64,000 nucleotides of DNA from an uncultured Chthoniobacter sp. (GTDB lineage Bacteria; Verrucomicrobiota; Verrucomicrobiia; Chthoniobacterales; UBA6821). The position numbers and the translations under genes are program-made. Of this stretch, positions 29,497 through 39,725 are shown one piece after another. The DNA is taken from positions 21,174-85,173 of the forward strand of contig CAYOAN010000007.1 of the NCBI GenBank assembly GCA_964402065.1, in the 5' to 3' direction. Within the stretch, counting starts at the first letter, position 1, and every line of letters starts with the position of its first letter. The notes under the pieces were generated by a model. That model saw only the letters and a list, made by a program, of their open reading frames with translations, searched no databases and had not been told where the DNA came from.

Positions 29497-31038
29497 ATGC
29501 AAAAAAAAATCTCCATTACCCCTGCTGGACTTTCTCTTACTGAGCTCCGTACTATTTACGAAACTCACCCTGCCTTAGAAGTCGCTCCGTCACTTAAAGC
29601 TGCGATTGAAAAATCAGCAATGGTTGTCACTCAAGCGATGCAAGAAGGCCGCGTGGTCTACGGCATTAACACAGGATTTGGTGCTCTTGCTACAACGCTT
29701 ATTGAACCGGACAAGCTCGCAGAACTACAGCTCAACATCATCCGTTCTCACAAAGCAGGTGTTGGAAAATATCTTGATGAAAACATCTCTCGCCTCATTC
29801 TTGCTATTAAGATTGTAGGACTATCGATGGGATACTCTGGAGTTCGTTGGATCTTAGTTGAAAAATTACTCGCACTTTACAATGCCGGCTACTTTCCATG
29901 CATGCACTCTAAAGGTTCCGTAGGAGCTTCTGGTGATTTGGCTCCACTTGCCGACTTAGCTGGCGTCCTTATTGGTGAAGGTGATGCTTGGCATGAAGGA
30001 AAATTGATCCCAGCCAAAGAAGTTTTAAAACAACTTGGCTGGAAGCCCTATGAACTTGGCCCTAAAGAGGGGCTCTCGCTTATCAACGGAACTCAAGTCT
30101 CAACAGGATTAGCTCTTGCAGCATTGTTCAAGGCGGAACGCCTTTTTGGTGCTGCTCTTGCTTCCGGCATGCTCAGCTTGGAAGCAGCTAAAGGTTCTCA
30201 TTCCCCTTTTCATCCAGAAATCCAACGCTTGCGCCGTCAAAAAGGTCAACAGCTAGTTGCAAACTGGTATCGTGAGCTTTTAGAAAAAAGCCCCCTTCAC
30301 GCTAGTCGCTCATCAACAGCTAAAGTACAAGATCCCTATTGCCTCCGCTGCCAGCCTGTTGTTATGGGCGCTTGCCTTGATCAACTACAACATGCTGCAG
30401 AAATTTTATGCCTCGAAGCAAGCGGTGTGACCGATAATCCTTTTGTTATCGCTGAAACAGGCGATGTCATCAGCGGTGGCAACTTCCATGCAGAGCCTGT
30501 CGCTTTTGCAGCTGACAACATTGCACTAGCAATCGCTGAAATAGCTTCCATGGCTGAACGCCGGATAGCACTGCTAATGGACATTCATTTTAGCGGACTC
30601 CCTGCTTTCCTTGTTGAAAAAAGCGGGCTCCATTCTGGACTCATGATCGCTCATGTAACCGCAGCAGCAATGGTCAGCGAAAATAAATCACTCGCTCATC
30701 CGAGCAGCGTCGATTCTATTCCGACTTCTGCCAACCAAGAGGATCACGTCAGCATGGCCACCTATGGCGCACGCCGCCTTCACGACATGCTTGAAAATGC
30801 AGGATATGTCATCGGCATTGAACTCCTCTCTTCCATCCGCGGCCTCGCCTTCCATCACCCTTGCAAAACAAGCCCGGCACTAGAACAAATCGCAGAACCC
30901 CTTCGAAACCTCATTCAGCTTGATAGTTCTGATCACGTCTTATCACCCGAGATCGAAGCGTTGCAGCAAGCAGCATTGCAAGGAAAAGTAGCAACGATCA
31001 TTTTAGAAACGGAATCCATTCCATGTTTTAAAATTTAA
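29497..31038 (+). CDS. hutH: Histidine ammonia-lyase
   Basis: VYGINTGFG, GSVGASGDLAPLA (MIO tripeptide ASG), KEGLSLINGTQ, QDPYCLRC, GGNFHAEP, ANQEDHVSM. Confidence 0.97.
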   Translation: MQKKISITPAGLSLTELRTIYETHPALEVAPSLKAAIEKSAMVVTQAMQEGRVVYGINTGFGALATTLIEPDKLAELQLNIIRSHKAGVGKYLDENISRLILAIKIVGLSMGYSGVRWILVEKLLALYNAGYFPCMHSKGSVGASGDLAPLADLAGVLIGEGDAWHEGKLIPAKEVLKQLGWKPYELGPKEGLSLINGTQVSTGLALAALFKAERLFGAALASGMLSLEAAKGSHSPFHPEIQRLRRQKGQQLVANWYRELLEKSPLHASRSSTAKVQDPYCLRCQPVVMGACLDQLQHAAEILCLEASGVTDNPFVIAETGDVISGGNFHAEPVAFAADNIALAIAEIASMAERRIALLMDIHFSGLPAFLVEKSGLHSGLMIAHVTAAAMVSENKSLAHPSSVDSIPTSANQEDHVSMATYGARRLHDMLENAGYVIGIELLSSIRGLAFHHPCKTSPALEQIAEPLRNLIQLDSSDHVLSPEIEALQQAALQGKVATIILETESIPCFKI

Positions 31039-31047
31039 GAACCACTC

Positions 31048-31118
31048 AACCGCAAAGACCTCAAGAAAGAAAAATAACTTTTCTTCAACGTTTTTTTGCG
31101 CTCTTTGTGTTCTTTGTG
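31048..31118. repeat. CGCAAAGAC/CTTTGTGTTCTTTGTG-type intergenic hairpin repeat
   Basis: AACCGCAAAGACCTCAAG ... TTTGCGCTCTTTGTGTTCTTTGTG; related to 17189-17258. Confidence 0.4.
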
Positions 31119-31134
31119 AGCATCTTCTATCCCT

Positions 31135-32109
31135 GTGAATTTCAAAAATTACCAACCGCTAACTTCCTCTTCATGGAACGGACGTGATGACGAGCCTCAC
31201 GCTCGTTTGTTTCAGCATATTCAGTTGCTAAGCTTGTGCGAACTCCCCACCTCATTTTCTGAAAAAAGTTTAGTGCTTCTCGGCTTTGCTTGTGAAGAAG
31301 GAGTCAAACGCAATCTTGGGCGATTAGGTGCAAAACAAGGTCCAGAGCACCTTCGAAAGGCATTGGCCAATCTTCCACTCTCCCTCAACCAGCCATGTCA
31401 CATTTGGGACGCAGGAACAATTTTTTGCGACAATGATGACTTAGAAAAAGCACAACTTCATTTAGGAAAAGCTGTCGCTGCTTTACGGGAAAGAGGTGCC
31501 TTTGTCATTGTATTGGGAGGTGGCCACGAAGTTGCTTGGGGAAATTTTCAAGGAATTGCAGCAAGCTTACCCAAGAAAAAAAATAGCATCAGCATTTTAA
31601 ATTTTGATGCTCATTTTGACCTTCGCCCTCTCCTGCCGGACGACAAAGGCTCTTCTGGCACCTCCTTCTTGCAAATTCAGGGACATTGCAAAAAAGAAAA
31701 CATCGCCTCCTCCTACGCTTGCTTTGGGCTTCAGCCTTTTGGAAATACCAAATCACTTTTTGAAACAGCTCAATCAATCAACGCCACACATTGCTTAGCA
31801 GAAACAATGATCCACCATCCTGAACTTGCTCATGAAGCCCTCGGAACATGGCTTGCTTCGGCTCAGCAAATTCACCTCACTCTCTGCCTCGATGTTTTTT
31901 CCGCCGCGCACGCTCCTGGCGTGAGCGCTCCTCAAGCACTTGGTATGAGCCCTCACGAGCTCCTTCCTTTTTTTCGACAAGCTCTTGAAAGCGGTAAAGT
32001 GATCGGCTTTGACATCGCTGAGCTGAATCCGACTTACGATCGCGACGAGCAGACGGCAAAGCTCGCTGCACATTTTGTTAGAGAAGTCATTAAAACCTAT
32101 GTGGCATAA
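31135..32109 (+). CDS. hutG: Formimidoylglutamase (arginase family)
   Basis: GFACEEGVKRNLGRLGAKQGP, LGGGHEVAWG, NFDAHFDLR, CLDVFSAAHAPGVSAP, DIAELNP. Confidence 0.95.
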   Translation: MNFKNYQPLTSSSWNGRDDEPHARLFQHIQLLSLCELPTSFSEKSLVLLGFACEEGVKRNLGRLGAKQGPEHLRKALANLPLSLNQPCHIWDAGTIFCDNDDLEKAQLHLGKAVAALRERGAFVIVLGGGHEVAWGNFQGIAASLPKKKNSISILNFDAHFDLRPLLPDDKGSSGTSFLQIQGHCKKENIASSYACFGLQPFGNTKSLFETAQSINATHCLAETMIHHPELAHEALGTWLASAQQIHLTLCLDVFSAAHAPGVSAPQALGMSPHELLPFFRQALESGKVIGFDIAELNPTYDRDEQTAKLAAHFVREVIKTYVA

Positions 32110-33337
32110 ACTTTTCATCAACCTCCACGCGGCCACCATGGCTGATTCAAGCGTTCCCTATGGTGCCATCTACAATGCTGCGATTGCAGTAAAAAATGGA
32201 AAAATTACCTGGATTGGAAAACAAAGCGAATTACCAGCTCCACCAGAAAAATGTGCACAAGAAATCATCGATGCAAAAGGAAATTGGGTCACACCTGGTT
32301 TTATCGACTGCCACACACATTTAGTCTTTGGAGGGCAACGTGCTGATGAATTTTCACGCAAGTTACAAGGAGAGTCATATGAATCAATCTTAGCTTCCGG
32401 CGGCGGTATTTTATCAAGCGTGAGAGCCACTCGTGAAGCCTCCTTTGAAGAGCTTCTTGAGAACGCCCTTGAGCGTGCAACCTATGCAATGAGCCAAGGG
32501 GTTACGGCGCTTGAAATCAAATCGGGCTATGGGCTTGATGAAGCAAGCGAGCTAAAAATTTTACGCGTCATCCAACGCCTTCGCGAGCTTCTTCCCATCA
32601 CAATTAAGGCTACCTGTCTTGCAGCTCACGTCGTCCCACCAGAATATCGCGAACACCGCGCTGACTATGTCACTTGGATTTGTAAACAACTGTTGCCACA
32701 ACTCAAAAAAGAAAACCTCGCCAGCGCCGTAGATGTCTTCTGCGAAAAAATTGCCTTCACACTCGCAGAGACAGAGGAAATTTTTCAAGCAGCTCAAGCA
32801 CTCGGCTTTGCTCTTAAAATCCATGCCGAACAACTCTCTGCCATGCATGGAAGCCTGCTCGCAGCACGTTACCAGGCCCTCTCTGCCGATCATTTGGAAT
32901 ATTTAATGGAGTCCGATATCATTGCAATGAAGGCTTCAGGAACCGTAGCAACCTTGCTTCCAGGAGCTTTCTATTTTTTAAGAGAAAAACAGATTCCACC
33001 ACTCGAGTTACTGCGACAGCATCAAGTTCCGATCGCCTTAGCCACTGATTTTAATCCTGGCACCTCTCCGATTAACTCTCTTTCGACAATTATGAATCTT
33101 GCTTGCATCTTGTGGCATCTCACACCGGAAGAAGCACTCCGAGGTGTCACCCTTCACGCAGCTCAAGCACTCGGCCTACAAGCCACTCACGGATCTCTCG
33201 AAGTTGGAAAAAATGCCGACCTGGCTTTTTGGGACATCGAAACACCAGCTGAACTAGCTTACTACCTACATGGCCGTATTTGTAGTAATTTAGTTGTTCA
33301 TGGAAAGTCGACTCCACTTTCTGATAAGAAATTTTAA
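32099..33337 (+). CDS. hutI: Imidazolonepropionase
   Basis: TPGFIDCHTHLVFGG.RADEF, EIKSGYGL, VDVFCEKIAF, KIHAEQL, SADHLE, ATDFNPGTSP. Confidence 0.96.
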   Translation: MWHKLFINLHAATMADSSVPYGAIYNAAIAVKNGKITWIGKQSELPAPPEKCAQEIIDAKGNWVTPGFIDCHTHLVFGGQRADEFSRKLQGESYESILASGGGILSSVRATREASFEELLENALERATYAMSQGVTALEIKSGYGLDEASELKILRVIQRLRELLPITIKATCLAAHVVPPEYREHRADYVTWICKQLLPQLKKENLASAVDVFCEKIAFTLAETEEIFQAAQALGFALKIHAEQLSAMHGSLLAARYQALSADHLEYLMESDIIAMKASGTVATLLPGAFYFLREKQIPPLELLRQHQVPIALATDFNPGTSPINSLSTIMNLACILWHLTPEEALRGVTLHAAQALGLQATHGSLEVGKNADLAFWDIETPAELAYYLHGRICSNLVVHGKSTPLSDKKF

Positions 33338-33368
33338 ACAAAAAGTCACTAGAGCTTGTCTAATAGAT

Positions 33369-33941
33369 ATGAAATTTTTTCCCTTTTCTTTTCTGATCAT
33401 TGCAATGTTCCTAACAAGTTATTCGTTTTCACAAAGCAACCTTGTCACTCCAAACAACTCGAATAACCTCTCTGCTACAGATCTTTCTTTTGATACAATA
33501 CCTCTCCAAAATCATGAACTCACTCTCCCAACGATGAATTATTTCGTGAGTGATTATACAAACTATATAATTCCAATGAAGGTAGGAGAGGAACTAGAAA
33601 TCAGTGTGAACAATCCTAATCAAACTTACCATTCTGGAGATTTAAAAAAGTATGAAGGTCCTATTAAAATTGATAATTATGGCTTTTATGACTTAAGTCA
33701 TACTCTCCAAACTGCTATCTACCCTGATTCTTGGAATCCCTGGAATCATACTGTTTGTATTGAAGAAGAATATAATCTGAATCAAGAAACAGGCGATCCT
33801 CTCCTCTACCACTTTAAAGCAATTCGCCCAGGAAAGTCTTATATCTATTTTGGAACGCTCAAGACATGTCACTATAAGTACGTCACGAGTTACAGTCTTA
33901 ATTGGATGGAGCCGATGGTAACTGTTGAGGTTTCTGAATAA
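33369..33941 (+). CDS. Hypothetical secreted beta-rich protein, possibly chagasin/Ig-like
   Basis: Signal peptide; MKVGEELEISV and YHFKAIRPGKSYIYF segments. Confidence 0.6.
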   Translation: MKFFPFSFLIIAMFLTSYSFSQSNLVTPNNSNNLSATDLSFDTIPLQNHELTLPTMNYFVSDYTNYIIPMKVGEELEISVNNPNQTYHSGDLKKYEGPIKIDNYGFYDLSHTLQTAIYPDSWNPWNHTVCIEEEYNLNQETGDPLLYHFKAIRPGKSYIYFGTLKTCHYKYVTSYSLNWMEPMVTVEVSE

Positions 33942-33945
33942 AAAT

Positions 33946-34695
33946 CTATCCAACAACCTCACTCAACTCTGCAATCATATACTCTCGATTGAGTGTTGCG
34001 ATGACAGAAGCAGAGATACCAGCGGGACAGACTGCTTCGCAAGCGTAGTAGTTAGAGCAATTGCCAAATCCTTCTGCATCCATAGCTCTTACCATATTGA
34101 GCGCACGCTCCTTCCTCTCTGGTTGGCCTTGAGGCAAACTTGCCAAATGAGTCACCTTAGCTCCAACAAAAAGCATCGCTGAACTATTTGGACAAGCTGC
34201 AGCACAAGCTCCACAACCAATACAGGCAGCAGCATCCATCGCATGATCGGCATCACGTTTTGGAATTAAAGTTGTACTTGCATCAGGAGCTCCTCCCGTA
34301 TGCTCCGTGATAAAACCACCTGCTTGAATGATTCGATCATAAGCTTTGCGGTTAGTCACAAGATCTTTGACAATAGGAAACGAGCTAGCACGGTAAGGTT
34401 CAACTGTAATCGTTTCTCCCTCTTGAAAACTACGCATGTAAACCTGGCATGCAGCACCACGGCCTGGACCTTGAGGAGCACCATTAATCACCATACTGCA
34501 AGTACCACATATTCCTTCACGACAATCAGACTCGAAAGCAACGGGTTCTTTTTGTTGCTCAGTTAAGCGTGTATTAACAATATCGAGCATTTCTAAAAAA
34601 GAAGCATCAGCAGGAATGTCATGCGCTGTAACCTCTTCAAAACGGCCTGCTGCCTTGTTATTGTCTTGTTTCCAAATACGGAGATGAAAATTCAT
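33946..34695 (-). CDS. sdhB: Succinate dehydrogenase/fumarate reductase Fe-S subunit
   Basis: DCREGICGTC, CIGCGACAAAC, GFGNCSNYYACEAVCP. Confidence 0.96.
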   Translation of the reverse strand: MNFHLRIWKQDNNKAAGRFEEVTAHDIPADASFLEMLDIVNTRLTEQQKEPVAFESDCREGICGTCSMVINGAPQGPGRGAACQVYMRSFQEGETITVEPYRASSFPIVKDLVTNRKAYDRIIQAGGFITEHTGGAPDASTTLIPKRDADHAMDAAACIGCGACAAACPNSSAMLFVGAKVTHLASLPQGQPERKERALNMVRAMDAEGFGNCSNYYACEAVCPAGISASVIATLNREYMIAELSEVVG

Positions 34696-34703
34696 AATCT
34701 GAC

Positions 34704-36623
34704 TTAATTTTTGTAATTCCTAGTCGCAGGATGAACAAACTCATAATTCAAAGCTTCCTTAATTAAGGTTGGTTCTTTCCCCTCACCTTGATATTGCCAA
34801 GCATGAACACAATTAAAGAGTTCATCGTTACGCAGCGCTTCTCCGTCTGGCAATTGATACTCAACACGGAAATGTCCACCACATGATTCTTCACGAGTGA
34901 GAGCATCCCGACAAAGAAGTTCAGCTAATTCAAAAAAATCAGCAACACGACCAGCCGTTTCTAGTGCTTGATTGAAAGCGTCTCCAGATCCAGGAATACA
35001 AACCTCCTTCCAAAAACGTTCCCGCATTTTTGGAATTTCAGTCAAAGCCTCTTGCAGACTCTCACGACTTCGAGCCATACCACATTTTTCCCAAAGTAGA
35101 GCCCCTAATTCACGATGAAAGCGCTCTGAAGAGACAGTCCCACGAACTTCTAACAAACGATTAAGACGAGCACGAACGGCCGTTTCAGCTTCTTCAAATT
35201 CAGGCGCATCTGTTGTTACTTTGTTTCCAAACTGCGTTGAGAGATATTCTCCGAGGGTATAAGGAACAATGAAGTACCCATCGGCAAGGCCTTGCATCAG
35301 GGCACTTGCCCCTAAGCGATTGGCTCCATGGTCCGAAAAATTGGCCTCTCCCAGAACATAAAGCCCAGGAAGATTGCTCATCAAATGGTAATCAACCCAC
35401 AAGCCACCCATCGTATAATGCAACGCTGGAAAAATGCGCATTGGCCGTTCGTAGGCATTTTCACCAGTGATGTTTTCATACATCTCAAAAAGATTTCCAT
35501 ATCGCTCTTCAACTACTTTTTTTCCAAGACGCTCAATTGCATCTTTGAAATCAAGATAGACGCCAAGGCCACCAGGGCCGACACCACGTCCTTCATCACA
35601 AACTTCTTTTGCACTTCGTGAAGAAATATCACGTGGAGCGAGGTTCCCATAGGCAGGATACTTACGCTCTAAATAATAATCGCGCTCATCCTCAGGAATG
35701 TCTTGAGGAGCACGTTGATCTCCTTTTTTCTTTGGAACCCAAACACGACCATCGTTCCGAAGTGATTCAGACATCAGCGTCAACTTTGATTGATAATCAC
35801 CGGCAACAGGAATGCACGTTGGGTGAATCTGCGTGTAGCATGGATTCGCAAAAAGTGCTCCACGTTTATGGGCTCGCCAAATTGCCGTAGCATTACAGCC
35901 GCGTGCATTTGTTGAAAGGTAATAGACATTGCTGTAACCACCTGTTGCCAACATGACAGTATCGGCCGCATGACGTGTTATTTCACCGGTAAGAAGATTG
36001 CGTACAATGATTCCTTTTGCATGTCCATTGACAACGACAAGATCAAGCATCTCACTGTGAGTATGCATTGTTACGCGGCCACTTTTAATTTGATGACTCA
36101 GTGAAGCATAGGCGCCAAGAAGAAGTTGCTGCCCTGTCTGACCACGAGCGTAGAAGGTACGAGAGACTTGAGCTCCACCAAAAGAGCGATTCGCAAGCTG
36201 ACCACCATACTCGCGTGCAAAAGGAACTCCTTGTGCTACGCACTGGTCAATAATATTACGAGAGACCTCAGCAAGCCGATGAACATTGGCTTCACGAGCA
36301 CGGAAATCCCCACCCTTGAGCGTGTCATAAAAAAGACGCCAGACACTATCACCATCGTTTTGATAATTTTTTGCGGCATTGATACCGCCTTGTGCAGCAA
36401 TACTGTGAGCACGACGTGGAGAATCTTGAAAACAGAAACAATCTACGTTATACCCTTGCTCTGCCAGTGTCGCCGCTGCTGAAGCTCCTGCTAATCCTGA
36501 TCCAACAACGATCACACGAAATTTTCTTTTATTTGCAGGATTCACTAACTTGGCATGCTCTTTAAAATGCTGCCATTTTTTTTCGAGAGGACCTGCTGGA
36601 ATTTTTGGATCTAATGCTATCAT
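34704..36623 (-). CDS. sdhA: Succinate dehydrogenase/fumarate reductase flavoprotein subunit
   Basis: [25 protein letters not shown] (covalent FAD His), [29 protein letters not shown]. Confidence 0.97.
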   Translation of the reverse strand: MIALDPKIPAGPLEKKWQHFKEHAKLVNPANKRKFRVIVVGSGLAGASAAATLAEQGYNVDCFCFQDSPRRAHSIAAQGGINAAKNYQNDGDSVWRLFYDTLKGGDFRAREANVHRLAEVSRNIIDQCVAQGVPFAREYGGQLANRSFGGAQVSRTFYARGQTGQQLLLGAYASLSHQIKSGRVTMHTHSEMLDLVVVNGHAKGIIVRNLLTGEITRHAADTVMLATGGYSNVYYLSTNARGCNATAIWRAHKRGALFANPCYTQIHPTCIPVAGDYQSKLTLMSESLRNDGRVWVPKKKGDQRAPQDIPEDERDYYLERKYPAYGNLAPRDISSRSAKEVCDEGRGVGPGGLGVYLDFKDAIERLGKKVVEERYGNLFEMYENITGENAYERPMRIFPALHYTMGGLWVDYHLMSNLPGLYVLGEANFSDHGANRLGASALMQGLADGYFIVPYTLGEYLSTQFGNKVTTDAPEFEEAETAVRARLNRLLEVRGTVSSERFHRELGALLWEKCGMARSRESLQEALTEIPKMRERFWKEVCIPGSGDAFNQALETAGRVADFFELAELLCRDALTREESCGGHFRVEYQLPDGEALRNDELFNCVHAWQYQGEGKEPTLIKEALNYEFVHPATRNYKN

Positions 36624-37309
36624 GTCAAAAATTTAAAAAAGATTGCTACTGGAATTGAGGCGTAGCCTAAGAAAAAAGCCCATGCGATAATTTTTCCTGC
36701 ACATTCAAAACGAGGGCGCAGCTTTTTGCTGGTAAGACCGAGTGTTTGAAAAAGACTTGCAATCCCATGGCTCAAGTGAAGCGCCAAGAAACCAACACTT
36801 AGAAAATAAAACCCTGAAACCCAAGGAGTCTGAAAACCACTCACAAGCATTCGATAAACATCATGGCGACCAGCGGTATCGATCCATTCTTTGGATTCAG
36901 GATTCACCCATTCCCATGTAAATTGAGCAAGGTGAAAAAGGACAAATCCAAAAACAACCAAACCGGAAAGTCTCATTGTACGGGCATAAATCGTTGTTTC
37001 AAGCGATTGTGAAATCGCATATTTTTGAGGTTGAGTCTTTTTATTTTCGCGCCAGAGAAGCATTGTAAAATAGACATGCAAGCCAGCTGCAACAATCAAT
37101 CCCAACCGTGCTATCCATAACAATTTTCCCAAGTGATGAAGATTGGCAGCATAACCATTTACCGCGTCGGGCCCTAAAAAAATCGAGAGATTTCCAAGGA
37201 GGTGAATAGTAATAAACCCAATGAGCGCAAGGCCTGTAATAGCAACAATCCATTTGCGCCCAATCGAAGATGTCAAAAAAGAAGATCGTGAACTCATGAA
37301 AAACAGCAT
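36620..37309 (-). CDS. sdhC: Succinate dehydrogenase cytochrome b subunit
   Basis: SSIGRK...AITG, His ligands in IHLLGN, LHVY, FHLAQF, LHLSHG; first gene of the sdhCAB operon. Confidence 0.92.
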   Translation of the reverse strand: MLFFMSSRSSFLTSSIGRKWIVAITGLALIGFITIHLLGNLSIFLGPDAVNGYAANLHHLGKLLWIARLGLIVAAGLHVYFTMLLWRENKKTQPQKYAISQSLETTIYARTMRLSGLVVFGFVLFHLAQFTWEWVNPESKEWIDTAGRHDVYRMLVSGFQTPWVSGFYFLSVGFLALHLSHGIASLFQTLGLTSKKLRPRFECAGKIIAWAFFLGYASIPVAIFFKFLT

Positions 37310-37397
37310 TTCGTTATAACAGCATCATCTAGCAAAAACAAGTAAGAAGAGATTAAGTCTTTGATTCACTCACTGGAGTTAGACTCTCTTTTTATTC

Positions 37398-38015
37398 TCA
37401 CTCTGCAATAGTCACCGGTGTTTTTAAGGGAGTTCTTTCATAAAAAAGTTTTGCCATTGCTTCCGGCATCCGAATACAACCATGAGAAGCCGGATAGCCA
37501 GGAAGGTAACCAGCATGGAATCCAACCTTGTCAGTAATCGGCATAAAATAGCGCATTGGTGCTCCTTCATAATGCGTTCCACTCGGCGCCGAATCAGTTC
37601 GTGAACAAATTCCTTCACGCACAATCCTCCCACCAGGATCAACAAAGTTCCCATAAATTGTTGAAGCGTGATTTTGCTCTTTTCCCATAATGGTGAAGGA
37701 CCCAAGAGGCGTCCAACCTGGGCGCTTTCCCGAGGAAATAGGGCTCTCAATTCCAAGTTGAGTTCCTACATAAAAAAACGCTTTTTGTTGTGCTAGTGAG
37801 ACGTAAATAGAAATTGGCTCATGATTAGGATTCGTCAAAACCTTTGAAAAAAATTTCCCCCCATCTTGAACTTGAATTAAATCAGAAGCACGAAAGAGGG
37901 AGAGAATTTTCGGCCCACTTCTTTCTGCACCATGCAGCGATGCGATCAAGGTAACAAAACAAAGAACGCCATAAGAAGCAAGAGCACCAGCAAGAACTCT
38001 AAAAAATTTTTCCAT
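37398..38015 (-). CDS. L,D-transpeptidase (YkuD family)
   Basis: ISIYVSLAQQKA, ISSGK, GFHAGYLPGYPASHGCIRMP. Confidence 0.88.
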   Translation of the reverse strand: MEKFFRVLAGALASYGVLCFVTLIASLHGAERSGPKILSLFRASDLIQVQDGGKFFSKVLTNPNHEPISIYVSLAQQKAFFYVGTQLGIESPISSGKRPGWTPLGSFTIMGKEQNHASTIYGNFVDPGGRIVREGICSRTDSAPSGTHYEGAPMRYFMPITDKVGFHAGYLPGYPASHGCIRMPEAMAKLFYERTPLKTPVTIAE

Positions 38016-38119
38016 GCGCCCCCCAATCTATCAAAGAGACCTACCCACGTAAAGAAGAGGCTCCTCATCAAAAGAAGTGAACACTTCAAACCATGATATC
38101 CCCTTCCCATTTAAGAAAC

Positions 38120-39442
38120 TCAGTTCTTATCCTCAGGCACTGAACAGGCATACAATGAGTAAATAAAGAGCCCACAAGCAGCAAGAAACGCAACAGAAAA
38201 GAAAATACTTTTATTGTCTAAATAGCAAAGCGAACAACCAGCCTCGTTACCAAGTTTTACGAGGTGATCATTAGGGCAATTCTGGCTCTGGCTAGCAAAT
38301 TGCTGCTGCCACTTATTAAAGGAAGCCAGGAAATGCTGAGGATCTTTATCAAATACGCCTTGCCGATATTGCTGCACCAACCAAAGCAATTTTCTGTTTT
38401 TTTCTAAACAAATATTTGTTCCACTTTGTAATTCTTGCTGAATTTCTTGAATGATTTGAAACAGCAAATACTCTCCTTTGTTCTCATCTTCCGTCATATC
38501 TTTCAGATCTTTTAGTACGTTCAAAAAGAAAGAAAGCGTAACAAGTTGTTGATCTATTAAAATAGACTCTGGCTCATCTTCATCATCAGACAGATCTTGT
38601 TCCTCCTTTTTCTTAGAGGGATTAAAATGCTGAGCTAAGCGATCTAATTTGAGCGCTATCTCGTGGTAATAAAGCGCTTCATCAGGATAATTAAATTTTA
38701 AGAATGCTAGCGCTGCTACTTCTTTTTCTTTGAAAGCCTGATAATACTCTTGATCAGCAGCTAGCTCCGTCATTTGCCTTTTCTGCCAAAAAGGCTCTTC
38801 TTTCAAAAAATAAGAATCTACTCCTGCATTGATACATTGAGCTTTTTCAACCGAAAGACTAGGTATCATAATAACACTCATCTCTTCTCCTGAATTCAGG
38901 GAAGAGTATTTAGCCCTTAACCTATTGATGACCTCGATCATTTTCTTCAAAAATAGACATTGCCGTAACTTCCGTTGCTCTACTTCTTCAGCGATCTGGC
39001 TGACAGGTACTTCCTCTTTTGAAGAAAACTGTACTTTCCTGATTGTTCTTTGCTCCTTTTCTGGAAGGATCGGCATCTCTCTCTGCTTTATTATTTCGAT
39101 AGCAGCAAGCTGTTTCGAAAACTGCTCATGATCTTTATCAAGAAGTGATAAAAAATCTTCGCGCTCACTAGGCCCCTCTTTCAATGTAGAAGGTTGTTGC
39201 TCTAACCTAGTGGCGAGGGCTCCTCTTTGTTGAAGGCTAGAGTCATCGGTCAAAGAATCTTGGTCAGCATCACGCCTCCCTTGCGAACGTGCACCGTTAT
39301 TATGAAAGATGGGGTCTTCTCCTCTAAACTCTCCTGCGTTCCACAACTCCCCTTCCACAGCAGGGATTCCAAATAAGTGAACCGATAAAAGTGAGAGATA
39401 AAAGCAACTGGTTAAAATTAAACGAAGGGGGACGTTGTTCAT
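38120..39442 (-). CDS. Hypothetical protein with N-terminal signal and C-terminal TM helix
   Basis: Signal LILTSCFYLSLLSVHLFG; charged helical core; C-terminal SIFFSVAFLAACGLFIYSLY. Confidence 0.75.
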   Translation of the reverse strand: MNNVPLRLILTSCFYLSLLSVHLFGIPAVEGELWNAGEFRGEDPIFHNNGARSQGRRDADQDSLTDDSSLQQRGALATRLEQQPSTLKEGPSEREDFLSLLDKDHEQFSKQLAAIEIIKQREMPILPEKEQRTIRKVQFSSKEEVPVSQIAEEVEQRKLRQCLFLKKMIEVINRLRAKYSSLNSGEEMSVIMIPSLSVEKAQCINAGVDSYFLKEEPFWQKRQMTELAADQEYYQAFKEKEVAALAFLKFNYPDEALYYHEIALKLDRLAQHFNPSKKKEEQDLSDDEDEPESILIDQQLVTLSFFLNVLKDLKDMTEDENKGEYLLFQIIQEIQQELQSGTNICLEKNRKLLWLVQQYRQGVFDKDPQHFLASFNKWQQQFASQSQNCPNDHLVKLGNEAGCSLCYLDNKSIFFSVAFLAACGLFIYSLYACSVPEDKN

Positions 39443-39725
39443 CTGCTTTGGATGTTAAAGCGATATGCACTACTTAGTTTGGAAATCACTATTAACAGAA
39501 GCATTTTTTTCTCTAGCTTTTAAAAAACGCTCCAGGATGCCCCTACAGCCTTGTTTTAAGAAGAAATGCTCTACTTATACCTGGAAAATGTTTTTTAGAA
39601 TTTCAGTTGAATTTTATTGAAAACCAACATGTTATCATAATTTATTCAACCAACTCAACAAGCTCCTTACCATTTCTTCTCTATAGAAAGGAGCTTGATG
39701 AACCTCATAAAGAGAGCCTTAAAAC

